A stretch of DNA of 64,000 nucleotides from an uncultured Bacilli bacterium (GTDB taxonomy: Bacteria > Bacillota_I > Bacilli_A > RF39 > UBA660): NCBI GenBank assembly GCA_910583745.1, contig CAJTZC010000007.1, positions 1,163 through 65,162 on the forward strand, in the 5' to 3' direction. This document shows positions 1 to 10,067 of this stretch, one piece after another. The position numbers were made by a program, and so were the translations under genes. How positions within the stretch are numbered: position 1 is the first letter of the stretch; each line of letters starts with the position of its first letter. Under the pieces are notes generated by a model that worked only from the letters and a program-made list of their open reading frames with translations, was not told the origin of the DNA and did not search any database.

Positions 1-1352
1 AGGTCGAAGATGTAGTCTGTCGTACGGTTCGGTAGGAGGTCTGCGTATTTTATCGTCGCGACGGATACGATTTTTGCAAGGTTTTCTTTTTCCGATTCTT
101 CTACGTTATCTCCTATCTTTTTTAGACATTCTTCGTATACGGATGCGTAGAGCTTTTTGAGGCTCAACACTCCTCCATCTCTCGTTTTGAAAGGTTTGCC
201 GTCTTTGCCATTCATCGTTCCAAAACCTAGATGGATTAGAGGAATATGTTCTGGCACAATTTTGGTTTTGTATGCAGCACGGAATGCCTGTACGAAGTGT
301 AATTCTTGGCGAATGTCGGTGAAGTACCAAATTTCATCGAGGTCGAAGCGCTTCATACGGGCGTACAAAGTCGCGAGCTCGGTCGTATCGTATAGAACTC
401 CTCCATCGGATTTTTTGAGCATGAAAGGCGGTATCTCTCTCGTATCTCCCTCTTCGTTGACGAAGATGACTTCTGCACCATTGCTCATCTCCGTATAGTT
501 TCCTTTTTCGAGGTAGTCTAATAATTCTGGAATGTATTCATCGGCCGCGGCTTCGCCTTCCCAGAGGTCGAATTCTGCATTCAAAAGGTCATATACATTT
601 TTTATGTCGTCTCCCGATGTTTTGACGATGTGCTTCCAGAGGGCTCTGTACCCTTTTTGCCCTTTTTGTAACTCGACTGTAATCGCACGAGCTTCATTTA
701 AATATTCTTCGTCGGTTTTGGATTTTGCACTGGCACATGGATAGATTTCTGCCAAGTCTTCCGCGGTGACAGGACTGGTGGTCGGATAGTCTCCCTCAAA
801 ATTGTCGTCAAAATACGGTAAGTCGGGCATTCTCTTTTTGATTTCGAGAATGACAAGTCCCATCGGCCTTCCCCAATCTCCTAAGTGAACATCACTGATG
901 GTGTTGTAACCACAGGCCTTTAGCAGCCGCTTTGTCGCTTCGCCGATGTTGGCACTTCTCAGATGTCCGACGTGCAATTCTTTGGCGATGTTTGCTCCCC
1001 CGTAGTCGAGTAAAATCGTCTTACCGTCGCCTTTATAGATGTTTTTTTGCATGTCGTCGTGAATTTGATTCATGTAGTCGATGAGGACTTCATCTGTAAA
1101 CGATATGTTGATAAATCCTGGTCCTGCAACGTTGAGGTTGGTATATTTTGTATTCTTAGATAGTTCTTTCACAATCTGTTCAGCTAAGTCGCGTGGATTG
1201 ATATGATTTCTACCCGCGATGGCCATGCAACCGTTGTACTGGTAGTCGCCGAGTTCAGGTCTGTTGGAAGGCGCGATGGTCACTTCTTCTTGGTATCCTA
1301 TTTTTTCTAAGATATCTTCGATGTCTTTTTTTAAATTCTCTATTAAATACAT
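1..1352 (-). CDS. argS: arginyl-tRNA synthetase, N-terminal ~450 aa; gene continues past the window start
   Basis: Minus-strand ORF running off the left edge. ATG at ~1352 is preceded by AAGGAGTGG. The translation contains DYGGANIAKELHVGHLRS (class I HIGH motif as in E. coli ArgS DYSAPNVAKEMHVGHLRS). It also contains GKDGKPFKTRDGG and KYADLLPNRTTDYIFDL (E. coli KYADLSKNRTTDYIFDW). Confidence 0.9.
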   Translation of the reverse strand, partial: MYLIENLKKDIEDILEKIGYQEEVTIAPSNRPELGDYQYNGCMAIAGRNHINPRDLAEQIVKELSKNTKYTNLNVAGPGFINISFTDEVLIDYMNQIHDDMQKNIYKGDGKTILLDYGGANIAKELHVGHLRSANIGEATKRLLKACGYNTISDVHLGDWGRPMGLVILEIKKRMPDLPYFDDNFEGDYPTTSPVTAEDLAEIYPCASAKSKTDEEYLNEARAITVELQKGQKGYRALWKHIVKTSGDDIKNVYDLLNAEFDLWEGEAAADEYIPELLDYLEKGNYTEMSNGAEVIFVNEEGDTREIPPFMLKKSDGGVLYDTTELATLYARMKRFDLDEIWYFTDIRQELHFVQAFRAAYKTKIVPEHIPLIHLGFGTMNGKDGKPFKTRDGGVLSLKKLYASVYEECLKKIGDNVEESEKENLAKIVSVATIKYADLLPNRTTDYIFD

Positions 1353-1434
1353 ATGTATCCACTCCTTGAAAATAATATTAAACTAATTGGATAAAAAAGG
1401 CAAGAACATTTAAAAAATCGAACCTCAATTCGAT

Positions 1435-2112
1435 TTAAAGTTGCCAATCAATCGGTTTTAAGCCTTTTTCTGTGAGAAAGTTATTCGTCTTGGAGAAAGG
1501 TTTGGAACCGAAGAATCCGTTTCTCGCACTGAATGGCGATGGGTGTGGAGATTCGACGATATAATGGATGGGATTGGTGACATAGAATTTTTTGCTTCTT
1601 GCGAATGAGCCCCAGAGGATAAAGACGACGGGTGTCTCTTTTTCGTTCAGTTTCTTTATGACACTGTCTGTGAAGAACTCCCATCCTAGTGCACTGTGGC
1701 TTCCCGCTTTGTCTTTTTCGACGGTGAGAATGGCATTCAGCATCAACACACCCTCTTTGGCCCATTTTGTGAGGTATCCGCAGTTTGCCGGTTCTCTGAT
1801 GCCTAAGTCGTCGTACATCTCTTTGTATATGTTTTGCAAAGAAGGTGGGACGCGGACTCCCGGTTTTACAGAGAAGGAAAGTCCATGTGCTTCCCCTGTC
1901 CCGTGATAGGGGTCTTGTCCTACGATGACGACTCGCGTATTTTCATAGCTCGTCAGTTTCAGAGCTTCAAAGATGTTTTCTCTAGGTGGGAAAACGGTCT
2001 TCGTCTCGTATTCTTTCTTTGCTAAAACCATTGTGTTGTAAAATTCTTTTGAAGAAGTCACTTCTTCTAGGACTTGGTCCCAATCGTTATGAAATAATTC
2101 CATACTATTCAC
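1435..2112 (-). CDS. ung: uracil-DNA glycosylase
   Basis: 225-aa protein with GQDPYH and HPSPFSA motifs typical of family 1 UDG. Confidence 0.9.
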   Translation of the reverse strand: MNSMELFHNDWDQVLEEVTSSKEFYNTMVLAKKEYETKTVFPPRENIFEALKLTSYENTRVVIVGQDPYHGTGEAHGLSFSVKPGVRVPPSLQNIYKEMYDDLGIREPANCGYLTKWAKEGVLMLNAILTVEKDKAGSHSALGWEFFTDSVIKKLNEKETPVVFILWGSFARSKKFYVTNPIHYIVESPHPSPFSARNGFFGSKPFSKTNNFLTEKGLKPIDWQL

Positions 2113-2550
2113 CTACTTATGATACCTCTCGTTATTGTTTATTTTAAAAGCTCTATATATCTGCTCTAACAGTACTCCCCTAAATAGTCCATGTGGCATC
2201 GTAAAGTCTGAAAACGATAAGAGCATGTCGGCTCGCTTTTTGATGTCTTCGTGAAGTCCTTCGGAGCTTCCAATGATGATGTTTATCGTTCCCGAGATTT
2301 GGAAGATGGAGTCTAGTTTGTCTGCGAAGTTCTTGCTGTCCAGCTTTTCTCCTTTGATATCACAGGCAATCGTAAAGTCTCTATCTTTGATGTGTTTTAA
2401 GATGTTTATCGATTCGCTTTTTAAATCGTTCTCATCTTTCAACTCGACTATATTTATTTTGTGGTATTTATTGATTCTCTTTTTATAGTCTTCTATCATC
2501 TCTTCGAGATATTTCTCTTTGATTTTGCCTAGACAGATAATTTGAATCAT
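2113..2550 (-). CDS. rlmH: 23S rRNA (pseudouridine1915-N3)-methyltransferase RlmH (SPOUT)
   Basis: 145-aa protein. The N-terminus MIQIICLGKIKEKYLEE is RlmH-like. Size and position next to the yycJ-like gene match B. subtilis yydA. Confidence 0.8.
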   Translation of the reverse strand: MIQIICLGKIKEKYLEEMIEDYKKRINKYHKINIVELKDENDLKSESINILKHIKDRDFTIACDIKGEKLDSKNFADKLDSIFQISGTINIIIGSSEGLHEDIKKRADMLLSFSDFTMPHGLFRGVLLEQIYRAFKINNNERYHK

Positions 2551-3311
2551 GCCTCGATACCTTCTGTCTTTTCTTTTTGTCTAGCCACTTCGATGTCGTC
2601 AAAGGTCAGTTCGTACTCTGTCAAAGTTTTTTTAACGGTTCTTAGCGCTTCTTCTTGGGTATTGTTTTCTTTGCTCAAATGGGCAAGAACCACTTTTTTT
2701 GTGTGTGGACCAATCAATTTTGAAAGGTAGAACCCTGCCGAATTGTTGGATAAATGGCCATGGTCGGAAAGAATTCTCGATTTAAGCCATTTGGGGTAGC
2801 TCCCGTTCATCAGCATTTCGACGTCGTGGTTTGCTTCCATCACATAGATGTTTTTATCGTTTAGAAGGTCGAAGTACTTTTGATTGAGGTACCCCGTGTC
2901 GGTCATATAGACCATGGAAGATTTGGCATCTTCGATGAGGTAACCTCTCGAATCGATTGCATCGTGGCTCGTCTTAAACGGAACAATTTTTGTGTTGTGT
3001 ACTTCCAATGCGTCTTCCTTTATTAAAAGATTTTCGTAGTCTTTTAGATAATCCAACTCTTCGAGCATCTTTTCTGTCAGAACGAGGGTCGGACTGTTGT
3101 GTTTTAGAAAAGTCTTTAAGGCTGCGGTGTGGTCACTGTGGGTGTGTGTCATGACAATGTAATCTATATCGTGGGCATCGACTCCCAGCTCTGCAAGTTT
3201 GGTCGTGATGTATTTGGTGTTCATTCCTAAGTCTATCAGTATTTTTGCATCGGGAGTTTCGACATAGGTGGAATTGCCTTCTGAACCCGAGGCGAGGACA
3301 CTCACTAACAT
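2547..3311 (-). CDS. MBL-fold metallo-hydrolase, YycJ/WalJ-like
   Basis: 254-aa protein with the HTHSDH metal-binding motif. In B. subtilis the equivalent gene lies adjacent to yydA. Confidence 0.75.
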   Translation of the reverse strand: MLVSVLASGSEGNSTYVETPDAKILIDLGMNTKYITTKLAELGVDAHDIDYIVMTHTHSDHTAALKTFLKHNSPTLVLTEKMLEELDYLKDYENLLIKEDALEVHNTKIVPFKTSHDAIDSRGYLIEDAKSSMVYMTDTGYLNQKYFDLLNDKNIYVMEANHDVEMLMNGSYPKWLKSRILSDHGHLSNNSAGFYLSKLIGPHTKKVVLAHLSKENNTQEEALRTVKKTLTEYELTFDDIEVARQKEKTEGIEA

Positions 3312-4816
3312 GCGAATGCCGCCTTACATGGATTCAATTTGTTTCCTCCGACATCTCTAATCTCGAAGTGCAAGTGGGTTCCTGTCGAGCTTCCACTGTC
3401 TCCCATGTAACCGATGACTTGTCCTTTGGTCACTGTCTGTCCTTCATTTACAGGAATATTGTTTTTCATATGGGCATAGTAGATGATGAGGCCTTGAGAA
3501 GTCTCAATCTCTAAGTAGTTTCCGTATTGCCCTCCACATGGAGAACCGTAGTAACCTCGGTCTGGGCAACCCTTGTAGGTCTTGATGACGGTTCCTTCGG
3601 TTGCGGAGAATATCGGTGAACCGAATCCACTTCCCGAGATATCTATTCCTCCGTGCAATTTACCCCAACGATATCCAAAATAACTCGTGATGACGTATGG
3701 ACTTATCGTCGGCCAGCCCCAGTCGGTAGAAGAAGCAGCCGGTGGAATATTGCCCCAGTTGTAGGAAGGTCTCGTTCCTTTTACGACGATTTTGCTCACG
3801 GGGTCTGAAAGCGTCGTCGTACTACTTACGAATAGCGTTGTGATGACTCCATTTTTAGAGACGACCTTCTCCGTAACTCTCGCTTTTCCTTTCACGCCTT
3901 GCTGTCTTACGTACGATTCACTCGTCGTCAATTTGTTGTTGGTCTCTGTGACTGTGTCGTATGCGGTCTCGACGTCCGCGATGACTTCTGCTTCTTCGAC
4001 GATGGTAAACTGCGGATTGATGAGGCCTATACTCAATTTTTGGCCTGGACTCAAGAGAGAATTGATGCTCGTGAGACGAGGGTTGGCGATTAAAAGCTCG
4101 GCATTGGAAAGTTTGTTTTCGAATGCCACTGTAGAGACGGTATCGCCTTCTTTTACCGTGTATTCTTCTTGTGGTTCGAGGGTTCCGAATAGCAGATATT
4201 TGGTCAGGTCATCTTGGTTGGTAATGATTTTGTCGTTGACACTCAGATAGCTCTCTTTGATGGTGATTTTCTCATCGAAGTAGATGTTCTGAATCGTCTT
4301 CCCCGTATCTGTTATCTCGACTTGGGTGTCGTTGATATATGCTTGTAATCCCTCGGTCGGTATGAAAGCTTCAATCGCATCGAGTAAGGCAGGCTCTAAA
4401 TCTTCTTTGTTTAAGATGTTGATGTATTTGGCTTCGCCATCGTCTGGTTTTATGGTGATGGTGTATCCTTTAATCGTGAAAGTGCTCTCTTCTTCGATAA
4501 TCTTGTATATCTCATCGACCGATTTGAGGTTCTTGTTGTAGGTGATATATTCTATTGCTTCGAGACCTTCTGGTGGGTAAACTTTCTCGACTTCGAATTC
4601 TTTTTTGATGCTCTCTTGCTCTTGGTCGATGAGGTTGTAGAGGTTGTCTCGGTCTTCGATAAGACCTATTTTTTTACCATCTAAATATACGATGTATACG
4701 TTTTTTGCTTCTTCTCTATGGACTCTTCCGAAGCCCACTACGAATAAAAATATAGTCGTGACTAGAATCAAAAGGATACCAGTCGCATTAATTCGCTTTG
4801 ACATTTTCCATGTCAC
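3305..4816 (-). CDS. membrane-anchored M23 (LytM-type) peptidase
   Basis: 503-aa protein with an N-terminal TM segment. The C-terminal domain carries HGGIDIS and HLHFEIR motifs. Confidence 0.8.
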   Translation of the reverse strand: MTWKMSKRINATGILLILVTTIFLFVVGFGRVHREEAKNVYIVYLDGKKIGLIEDRDNLYNLIDQEQESIKKEFEVEKVYPPEGLEAIEYITYNKNLKSVDEIYKIIEEESTFTIKGYTITIKPDDGEAKYINILNKEDLEPALLDAIEAFIPTEGLQAYINDTQVEITDTGKTIQNIYFDEKITIKESYLSVNDKIITNQDDLTKYLLFGTLEPQEEYTVKEGDTVSTVAFENKLSNAELLIANPRLTSINSLLSPGQKLSIGLINPQFTIVEEAEVIADVETAYDTVTETNNKLTTSESYVRQQGVKGKARVTEKVVSKNGVITTLFVSSTTTLSDPVSKIVVKGTRPSYNWGNIPPAASSTDWGWPTISPYVITSYFGYRWGKLHGGIDISGSGFGSPIFSATEGTVIKTYKGCPDRGYYGSPCGGQYGNYLEIETSQGLIIYYAHMKNNIPVNEGQTVTKGQVIGYMGDSGSSTGTHLHFEIRDVGGNKLNPCKAAFAC

Positions 4817-6152
4817 TCTCCTTTTTCATATCCATGAAATTACTGAAATTCTTTTCAAATAAAAGTTCTATCGTTCCCGTATTACCACTACGGTGTTTTC
4901 CGACGATGAGCTCTGTAACGGACGTATTTCCACTTAAGTCGTGCTTATCGGGATTGTAGTAATCGTCTCTGTAAAGGAACGATACGATGTCCGCGTCCTG
5001 CTCTATCGAACCGGATTCACGGAGGTCACTCATGATAGGTCGTTTATCTTCTCGAAGCTCTACGGCACGAGATAGCTGTGCGAGGGCGATGACGGGCACG
5101 TGTAATTCCAATGCCATCGTCTTTAACGACCGCGATATCTCTGAGACCTCTTGTTGACGGTTTCCTGCGTATCTTGCTCCACCTTGAATCAGCTGGAGGT
5201 AGTCGATGATGACGAGGGCGAGACCTTTTTCTGAATTGGCCAATCGTCGGCATTTTGCTCTTATATCGCTGACGGTGATTCCCGAAGTATCCTCGATGTA
5301 GATGTTGGTCTCTCCGAGTTCACTCATCGCTTCGTTTACTTTTTGCCAGTCTTTGTCGTCGAGTTGTCCCGTCTGGAGTCTCTTCATGTCGATACCGCCG
5401 ACGGAGCCTATCATACGTTGGGCGAGCTGTTCTGCTCCCATCTCCATGTTGAATATTGCGACCGCTTTTGGAGTGGCAAGAGCCGTATTGACGGCGAGGT
5501 TGACTGCAAAGGCCGTTTTACCCATTGCAGGACGAGCTGCAACGATGATTAGCTCGTGTTCGTGCAGACCACTCGTCATAATGTCTAAGTCTGTGAAGCC
5601 CGTAGGCAATCCCGTAATCGCTGAGCCGTTTTGGGCAAGGTATTCCAATCGCGCCTGTGTACTTCTTAAGACTTCACTGATGCTTTTGAATTCTCCCGCT
5701 TTTCGCTCTTTCGTCACTTTGAAAATTTGTTGTTCGGCGATGTCTACTACTTCGTTCGTGTCCTGTGTTTCTTCGTAGGCAGAAGTGGCAATCTCTGTCG
5801 CAGCTTCGATCAGTCTTCTTCTCAGGTATTTTTCTTGCACGATGTTCATGTAGTATTCTACATTCGCAGCACTTACAATCGAATCGACGACATCGGAGAG
5901 GTATTCTATTCCTCCTATGAGGGCGAGCGTATTGTTCTTTTCTAGTTCGTTTGTGAGTGTGGTATAGTCTATCGGTTTTTTGTGTTCATGAAGCTCGAAT
6001 ACCGCTTCGAATATCTTTCTGTTCGCATCGCTAAAAAACATCTCGGGCGATAGATTTTCACACACTTTATCTGCTGCGCTTGGCATCAAGAGACAAGCAC
6101 TAATTACAGACATTTCCGCATCTAAATTTTGTGGCATTTTTCTTGTTGCCAT
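4788..6152 (-). CDS. dnaB: replicative DNA helicase (DnaB family; named DnaC in Bacillus)
   Basis: 454-aa protein. It starts MPQNLDAEMSVISACLL, the DnaB N-terminal signature. It carries the Walker A motif GKTAFAVNLA. It sits immediately downstream of rplI as in Firmicutes. Confidence 0.92.
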   Translation of the reverse strand: MATRKMPQNLDAEMSVISACLLMPSAADKVCENLSPEMFFSDANRKIFEAVFELHEHKKPIDYTTLTNELEKNNTLALIGGIEYLSDVVDSIVSAANVEYYMNIVQEKYLRRRLIEAATEIATSAYEETQDTNEVVDIAEQQIFKVTKERKAGEFKSISEVLRSTQARLEYLAQNGSAITGLPTGFTDLDIMTSGLHEHELIIVAARPAMGKTAFAVNLAVNTALATPKAVAIFNMEMGAEQLAQRMIGSVGGIDMKRLQTGQLDDKDWQKVNEAMSELGETNIYIEDTSGITVSDIRAKCRRLANSEKGLALVIIDYLQLIQGGARYAGNRQQEVSEISRSLKTMALELHVPVIALAQLSRAVELREDKRPIMSDLRESGSIEQDADIVSFLYRDDYYNPDKHDLSGNTSVTELIVGKHRSGNTGTIELLFEKNFSNFMDMKKESDMENVKAN

Positions 6153-6166
6153 ATGTCACACCTCGC

Positions 6167-6604
6167 TTAACAAATATGTACTTTAATCGTCGCGCTTACT
6201 TTTTTATGGAGATTAATTTTGACGTTATACACTCCTAATGTGTCTATCTTCGTATTCATGTCGACCATCTTTTTATCAACGTCGTATCCTCTTTTTTTGA
6301 GTTCTTCACTCAGTTGCTTGCTAGACACTGTTCCGAATAGTCTTCCATCTGCTCCGGATTTGAAAGTGAAACTGAAATCTTCTTTTTCCATTTTTTTCTT
6401 CATTTCCAAGCACTTTGCGATGAGAGCCTCTTCGTCTGCTGCCTTTTTGTCGAGCTCCGTATCTAATCTATTTTTGCTCGTCTTTGTGTAGGGAACGGCG
6501 AGTTTGTTTTTAATGAGGAAGTTCGTCGCATAGCCATCACTTACCTCGATAATGTCGTCTTTTTTTCCTTGTTTTTTGACGTCAGTTAAAAGTATCACTT
6601 TCAT
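6167..6604 (-). CDS. rplI: ribosomal protein L9
   Basis: 145-aa protein beginning MKVILLTDVKKQGKKDDIIEV. Confidence 0.9.
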   Translation of the reverse strand: MKVILLTDVKKQGKKDDIIEVSDGYATNFLIKNKLAVPYTKTSKNRLDTELDKKAADEEALIAKCLEMKKKMEKEDFSFTFKSGADGRLFGTVSSKQLSEELKKRGYDVDKKMVDMNTKIDTLGVYNVKINLHKKVSATIKVHIC

Positions 6605-6696
6605 TTTTACACCTCGTTCTTTACAAGTGATATTATAACAAAAAGATGAAAAAAAAGAAACCTTTTCGGAGGTTTATCTGTTTTTTTGAGCAGTAT

Positions 6697-7149
6697 TCAG
6701 CTATCTATATTGTCTTCTTTTCTGATTTTTATCGGCGGTATGTTTGGCAGTGGATATTCTTTTGCGTTTAAGTTGGATAAATCGGCGCCCGGTTTAAATT
6801 TTGGCAATTCATCATCATCGACGACCATCGCTGTCTGTTCTTTCTTTCTAAAGAAGCACATGACGAGCTGGATTAAAAAGATGAAAATGAGTATGGCTGC
6901 CAGTATTTTTGCATAATTTTGCAGTGTTGCTCCATCGATTGGCAATTGGATATTCGGTATGGAGCTTATCTTGTTTATTCCTTTGCGGTAGGTGATATAG
7001 AGCCATATTACGATGAAAATGTTCAAAATCGGCGTGATAAAGTTTAGCCCTTTCTTAGCCAAATAGCGATGTAAAAATTGGTTGATGATTATCGCGACAA
7101 GTAAAATAAAGATGATTTCTATTCCCGTCACTAAATAAAATCTGTCCAT
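6697..7149 (-). CDS. small polytopic membrane protein of unknown function
   Basis: 150-aa protein with 3-4 hydrophobic segments, lying between rpsR and rplI. The gdpP/yybT gene expected here by synteny is absent. Confidence 0.5.
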   Translation of the reverse strand: MDRFYLVTGIEIIFILLVAIIINQFLHRYLAKKGLNFITPILNIFIVIWLYITYRKGINKISSIPNIQLPIDGATLQNYAKILAAILIFIFLIQLVMCFFRKKEQTAMVVDDDELPKFKPGADLSNLNAKEYPLPNIPPIKIRKEDNIDS

Positions 7150-7261
7150 TTTATTCCTCCTCGTCCTACGATATAGTCTAAAGAAATCTTAACATAAAGT
7201 TTTACTAATTAGTAGGACTATACGACGATTTTAAACCATTTTACACTATTTTTTAAAAAAT

Positions 7262-7288
7262 TGTGTAAAAAAAAAGACCGGTTGGTCT
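7262..7288 (-). terminator. Rho-independent terminator downstream of rpsR
   Basis: Hairpin AGACCAACCGGTCT followed by a T9 run in minus-strand sense. It overlaps the rpsR stop codon. Confidence 0.6.
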
Positions 7289-7502
7289 ATTTTACAAATG
7301 GTATAAGTGCCATGAAACGCGCACGTTTGATTTGTTCTGCGATGTGTCTTTGGTGTTTAGCACATGCTCCAGTCATTCTTCTAGGCATGATTTTACCTTT
7401 TTCATTTATGTATTTTGAAACTATCATCACGTCTTTGTAATCTACGCTTTTTCCAGCACACATTTGACAAATTCTCTTCTTTTTTCTTCCGAATTCAGCC
7501 AT
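7287..7502 (-). CDS. rpsR: ribosomal protein S18
   Basis: 71-aa protein beginning MAEFGRKKKRICQMCAGK. Confidence 0.92.
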   Translation of the reverse strand: MAEFGRKKKRICQMCAGKSVDYKDVMIVSKYINEKGKIMPRRMTGACAKHQRHIAEQIKRARFMALIPFVK

Positions 7503-7519
7503 TATGTATTCTCCCTTCT

Positions 7520-8041
7520 TTAGAATGGTAGGTCGTCATCACTCAATACAACTTCTTCGCCAAAGTCTTTGAAAGGGTCATCTCCTGAGACGTCTGTCGT
7601 CATCGGAGCAGCTTCTTCTCCCGTAGGGAATGGTACGTCATCTTCTGGCATAGGCATAGAACCCATATCCATCGAATCCATTGCTGGCGCTTGGTTTGGA
7701 ACATATGAACCACCTTGTGCACTTGAAGAACGGCTTCCTAAGAATGTAACGTTGTCTGCAATGACTTCGGTCACATATCTTCTAGTTCCATCCTGTGCAT
7801 CGTAACTTCTGGATTGAATTCTTCCTTCAATTCCGACAAGTGAACCTTTTGTACAGAATTTTGCTACATTTTCTGCTTGTCTTCTCCATACGACCACATT
7901 TATAAAGTCTGCTACCCTTTCGCCGTTAGCATTTGGCATTCTATTAACTGCAACTGTGATTCTCGTAGTAGCTATTCCATTTGGAGTAGTTCTAAGTTCT
8001 GGGTCTGCAGTCAATCTTCCCACTAAAATTGTTCTATTCAT
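7520..8041 (-). CDS. ssb: single-stranded DNA-binding protein
   Basis: 173-aa protein with an OB fold (MNRTILVGRLTADPELRTTPNG). It has an acidic C-terminal tail ending DDDLPF. Confidence 0.92.
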   Translation of the reverse strand: MNRTILVGRLTADPELRTTPNGIATTRITVAVNRMPNANGERVADFINVVVWRRQAENVAKFCTKGSLVGIEGRIQSRSYDAQDGTRRYVTEVIADNVTFLGSRSSSAQGGSYVPNQAPAMDSMDMGSMPMPEDDVPFPTGEEAAPMTTDVSGDDPFKDFGEEVVLSDDDLPF

Positions 8042-8050
8042 AATTAACTC

Positions 8051-8341
8051 CTACTCTTCGTCTAATCTTATAATTAAGTGTCTTAAAATGTTTTCGTCCA
8101 ATCCTAAACGACGATCGAGTTCTTTAACAATCTCGGCATTTGCGTTCATATTGAGACAATAGTAAAAACCGTTTTGTTGCTTTTGGATAGTATAGGCAAG
8201 TTTTTTTTGTCCCATATCCTTAAAGCTTGTAACTTCACCCTTCGCGTCTGTTATCAATTTTTTATAACTGTTAGCTAGGTTAGAAGCTGCGTCGCTTTCC
8301 ATCGTAGTTTTAACTATGAACATAAGCTCATACTTTTTCAT
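8051..8341 (-). CDS. rpsF: ribosomal protein S6
   Basis: 96-aa protein beginning MKKYELMFIV, in the rpsF-ssb-rpsR arrangement. Confidence 0.9.
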   Translation of the reverse strand: MKKYELMFIVKTTMESDAASNLANSYKKLITDAKGEVTSFKDMGQKKLAYTIQKQQNGFYYCLNMNANAEIVKELDRRLGLDENILRHLIIRLDEE

Positions 8342-8496
8342 AACTACACCTCCTTTTGGTCTAATCGGCTTTAGACTTACGCTAAAGCAAAGAGATTTTG
8401 CATCTCGAAGGTATTATAGCATTTTCATGAGATAAAAGTCAAACCCTATCGAGCTTTTGTGTAGAAATTTTGTATAGGAGATTGGTCTTTAATGGC

Positions 8497-8517
8497 AAGA
8501 AAAAAAGATGCTGAACA
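8497..8517 (-). terminator. weak Rho-independent terminator after the AbgT gene
   Basis: Hairpin AGATG-CTGAA-CATCT followed by T7 in minus-strand sense. Confidence 0.35.
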
Positions 8518-8528
8518 TCTCGTATTTT

Positions 8529-10067
8529 CTATAAAATGGCACTTGCTCCTATGCCCATCGGAATGCCTATGACATATAACAATACCAAAACGGTAATCCA
8601 GACGAGAGCAGTTACTCCGCCGTATGGCATGATGTCTTTAATCGAATCGATGAGACTTATCGGCTTTTCGTCTTCGCTGTATTTGCTCAAGAACGCGATG
8701 TATATGACATAGTAAGCCATCAAAGGTGTCAATCCATAGGTGACACATTCGCTCGCTCTAAATAGAAGTTGGGCGAATTCAGCCGATAATCCGGCGTTCA
8801 TGAAGACAGGAACTAAGACTCCGCTTAGAATGGACCAAGCCTGTACTGGTGACGGTAAGATAATCGTCACGATGATGCACATCAAGAATGCAGTCAAGAT
8901 GAGAGGAATACCTGTCATGTTCGCGTTGGAAATGAAATTTCCTATCGAAGCCGTGACGACGGTTCCTATTTCGGTCGCTCTGAAGACAGAGATGAATGTC
9001 GACGCAAAGAATATCAAGACGAGCGTACTTCCTATTCCATCTAGAGAGTGCCCTAGATAGTTGCATACTTCTTGGTTATTCTTAATCGTGCCCGCTCCCA
9101 TTCCATAAAAGAGACCACATAGGAAGAAAAATGTCGTAATGACGAATACGAATCCTTGGTTGAAAAAGGAATTGTATCCGAACAGCTTATCGATATATAA
9201 GGTTTGGCTGTAATCCAATAGGTTTCCTGAAAGCGGTAAGCCCGGTATGATGTTGTAGACGAATATTAGAATATAGATAACTCCAATCGTCAAACTGAAG
9301 ATGAGACCTCTCTTTTTCTTTTTGTCTAAATAGAATTCTTCGTGGTCTTCCTCGATTTCATATTTTCCTAATTTTGGCACGATGATTTTTTCTGTAATCA
9401 TCGCGACGAGGATGCTCATCAGGATTGTCATTAAAATCATGATGAAGATGAAAGCGAAGTTGCTTATCGTATACGTCGCATCGAGAGACAAGGCCGCAAG
9501 GTTCGTGTATCCTAACAAGGAAGCATCGATGGAACTCAGGAATATGTTTATACCGGTTCCACACGTCAAGCCTGCGAAGGCCATGATTATTCCTGCCTTG
9601 GGGTTACGCTTTCCGTATTTGAAGAATAAGGCACAGATGGGTATCAACATGATGAAGCTTATGTCACCTATGATGCTGGCAATGACGGTGATGAACGATA
9701 ACACGAGGGTGACGACGAATTTGCTCGTCTTTTGTGTCACTAGGGAGAAGAAGGCTTCTAGGAAACCACTCTTGTCCATAATTCCTATTCCTATTAAGGT
9801 GATTATGAGCATGCTCAAGGGTGCAAAACTTGCAAAATTTGAAACCGATGTCCTAAAAATCATCTTCAATCCAGACAGATTTAAGAGGGAATTTATCAGT
9901 ACCGTCGTCGTCTCTAAATCTCCTCGGACTGTATTGACTGAATTGTAGTTTGCCGATATGCCTAGGCTTCCTAAGATACCGCTTAGTATAATGGTTCCGA
10001 CGATTAAGATGGCAAAAGCCATAATCGGATGCAGAATGATTCTGTTTCTTTTCCGTCGTTTACTCAT
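8529..10067 (-). CDS. AbgT-family transporter (p-aminobenzoyl-glutamate / antimetabolite efflux family)
   Basis: 512-aa polytopic protein. Its C-terminus (AWSILSGVLVPVFMNAGLSAEFAQLLFRAS ... IGIPMGIG) aligns with E. coli AbgT (AIWSILAPIFVPMF...FAQILFRIA...VGLPIGPG). Confidence 0.75.
   Translation of the reverse strand: MSKRRKRNRIILHPIMAFAILIVGTIILSGILGSLGISANYNSVNTVRGDLETTTVLINSLLNLSGLKMIFRTSVSNFASFAPLSMLIITLIGIGIMDKSGFLEAFFSLVTQKTSKFVVTLVLSFITVIASIIGDISFIMLIPICALFFKYGKRNPKAGIIMAFAGLTCGTGINIFLSSIDASLLGYTNLAALSLDATYTISNFAFIFIMILMTILMSILVAMITEKIIVPKLGKYEIEEDHEEFYLDKKKKRGLIFSLTIGVIYILIFVYNIIPGLPLSGNLLDYSQTLYIDKLFGYNSFFNQGFVFVITTFFFLCGLFYGMGAGTIKNNQEVCNYLGHSLDGIGSTLVLIFFASTFISVFRATEIGTVVTASIGNFISNANMTGIPLILTAFLMCIIVTIILPSPVQAWSILSGVLVPVFMNAGLSAEFAQLLFRASECVTYGLTPLMAYYVIYIAFLSKYSEDEKPISLIDSIKDIMPYGGVTALVWITVLVLLYVIGIPMGIGASAIL

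Noticed and set aside
157-498. Plus-strand ORFs overlapping long minus-strand genes (e.g. 157-498, 5302-5778, 9382-9948, 13582-14082, 43961-44368, 50272-50796)
   Set aside because: These are antisense shadow ORFs inside well-supported genes (argS, dnaB, the AbgT gene, ftsH, the surface protein gene, metG). They have low-complexity Ser/Leu-rich translations and no RBS.
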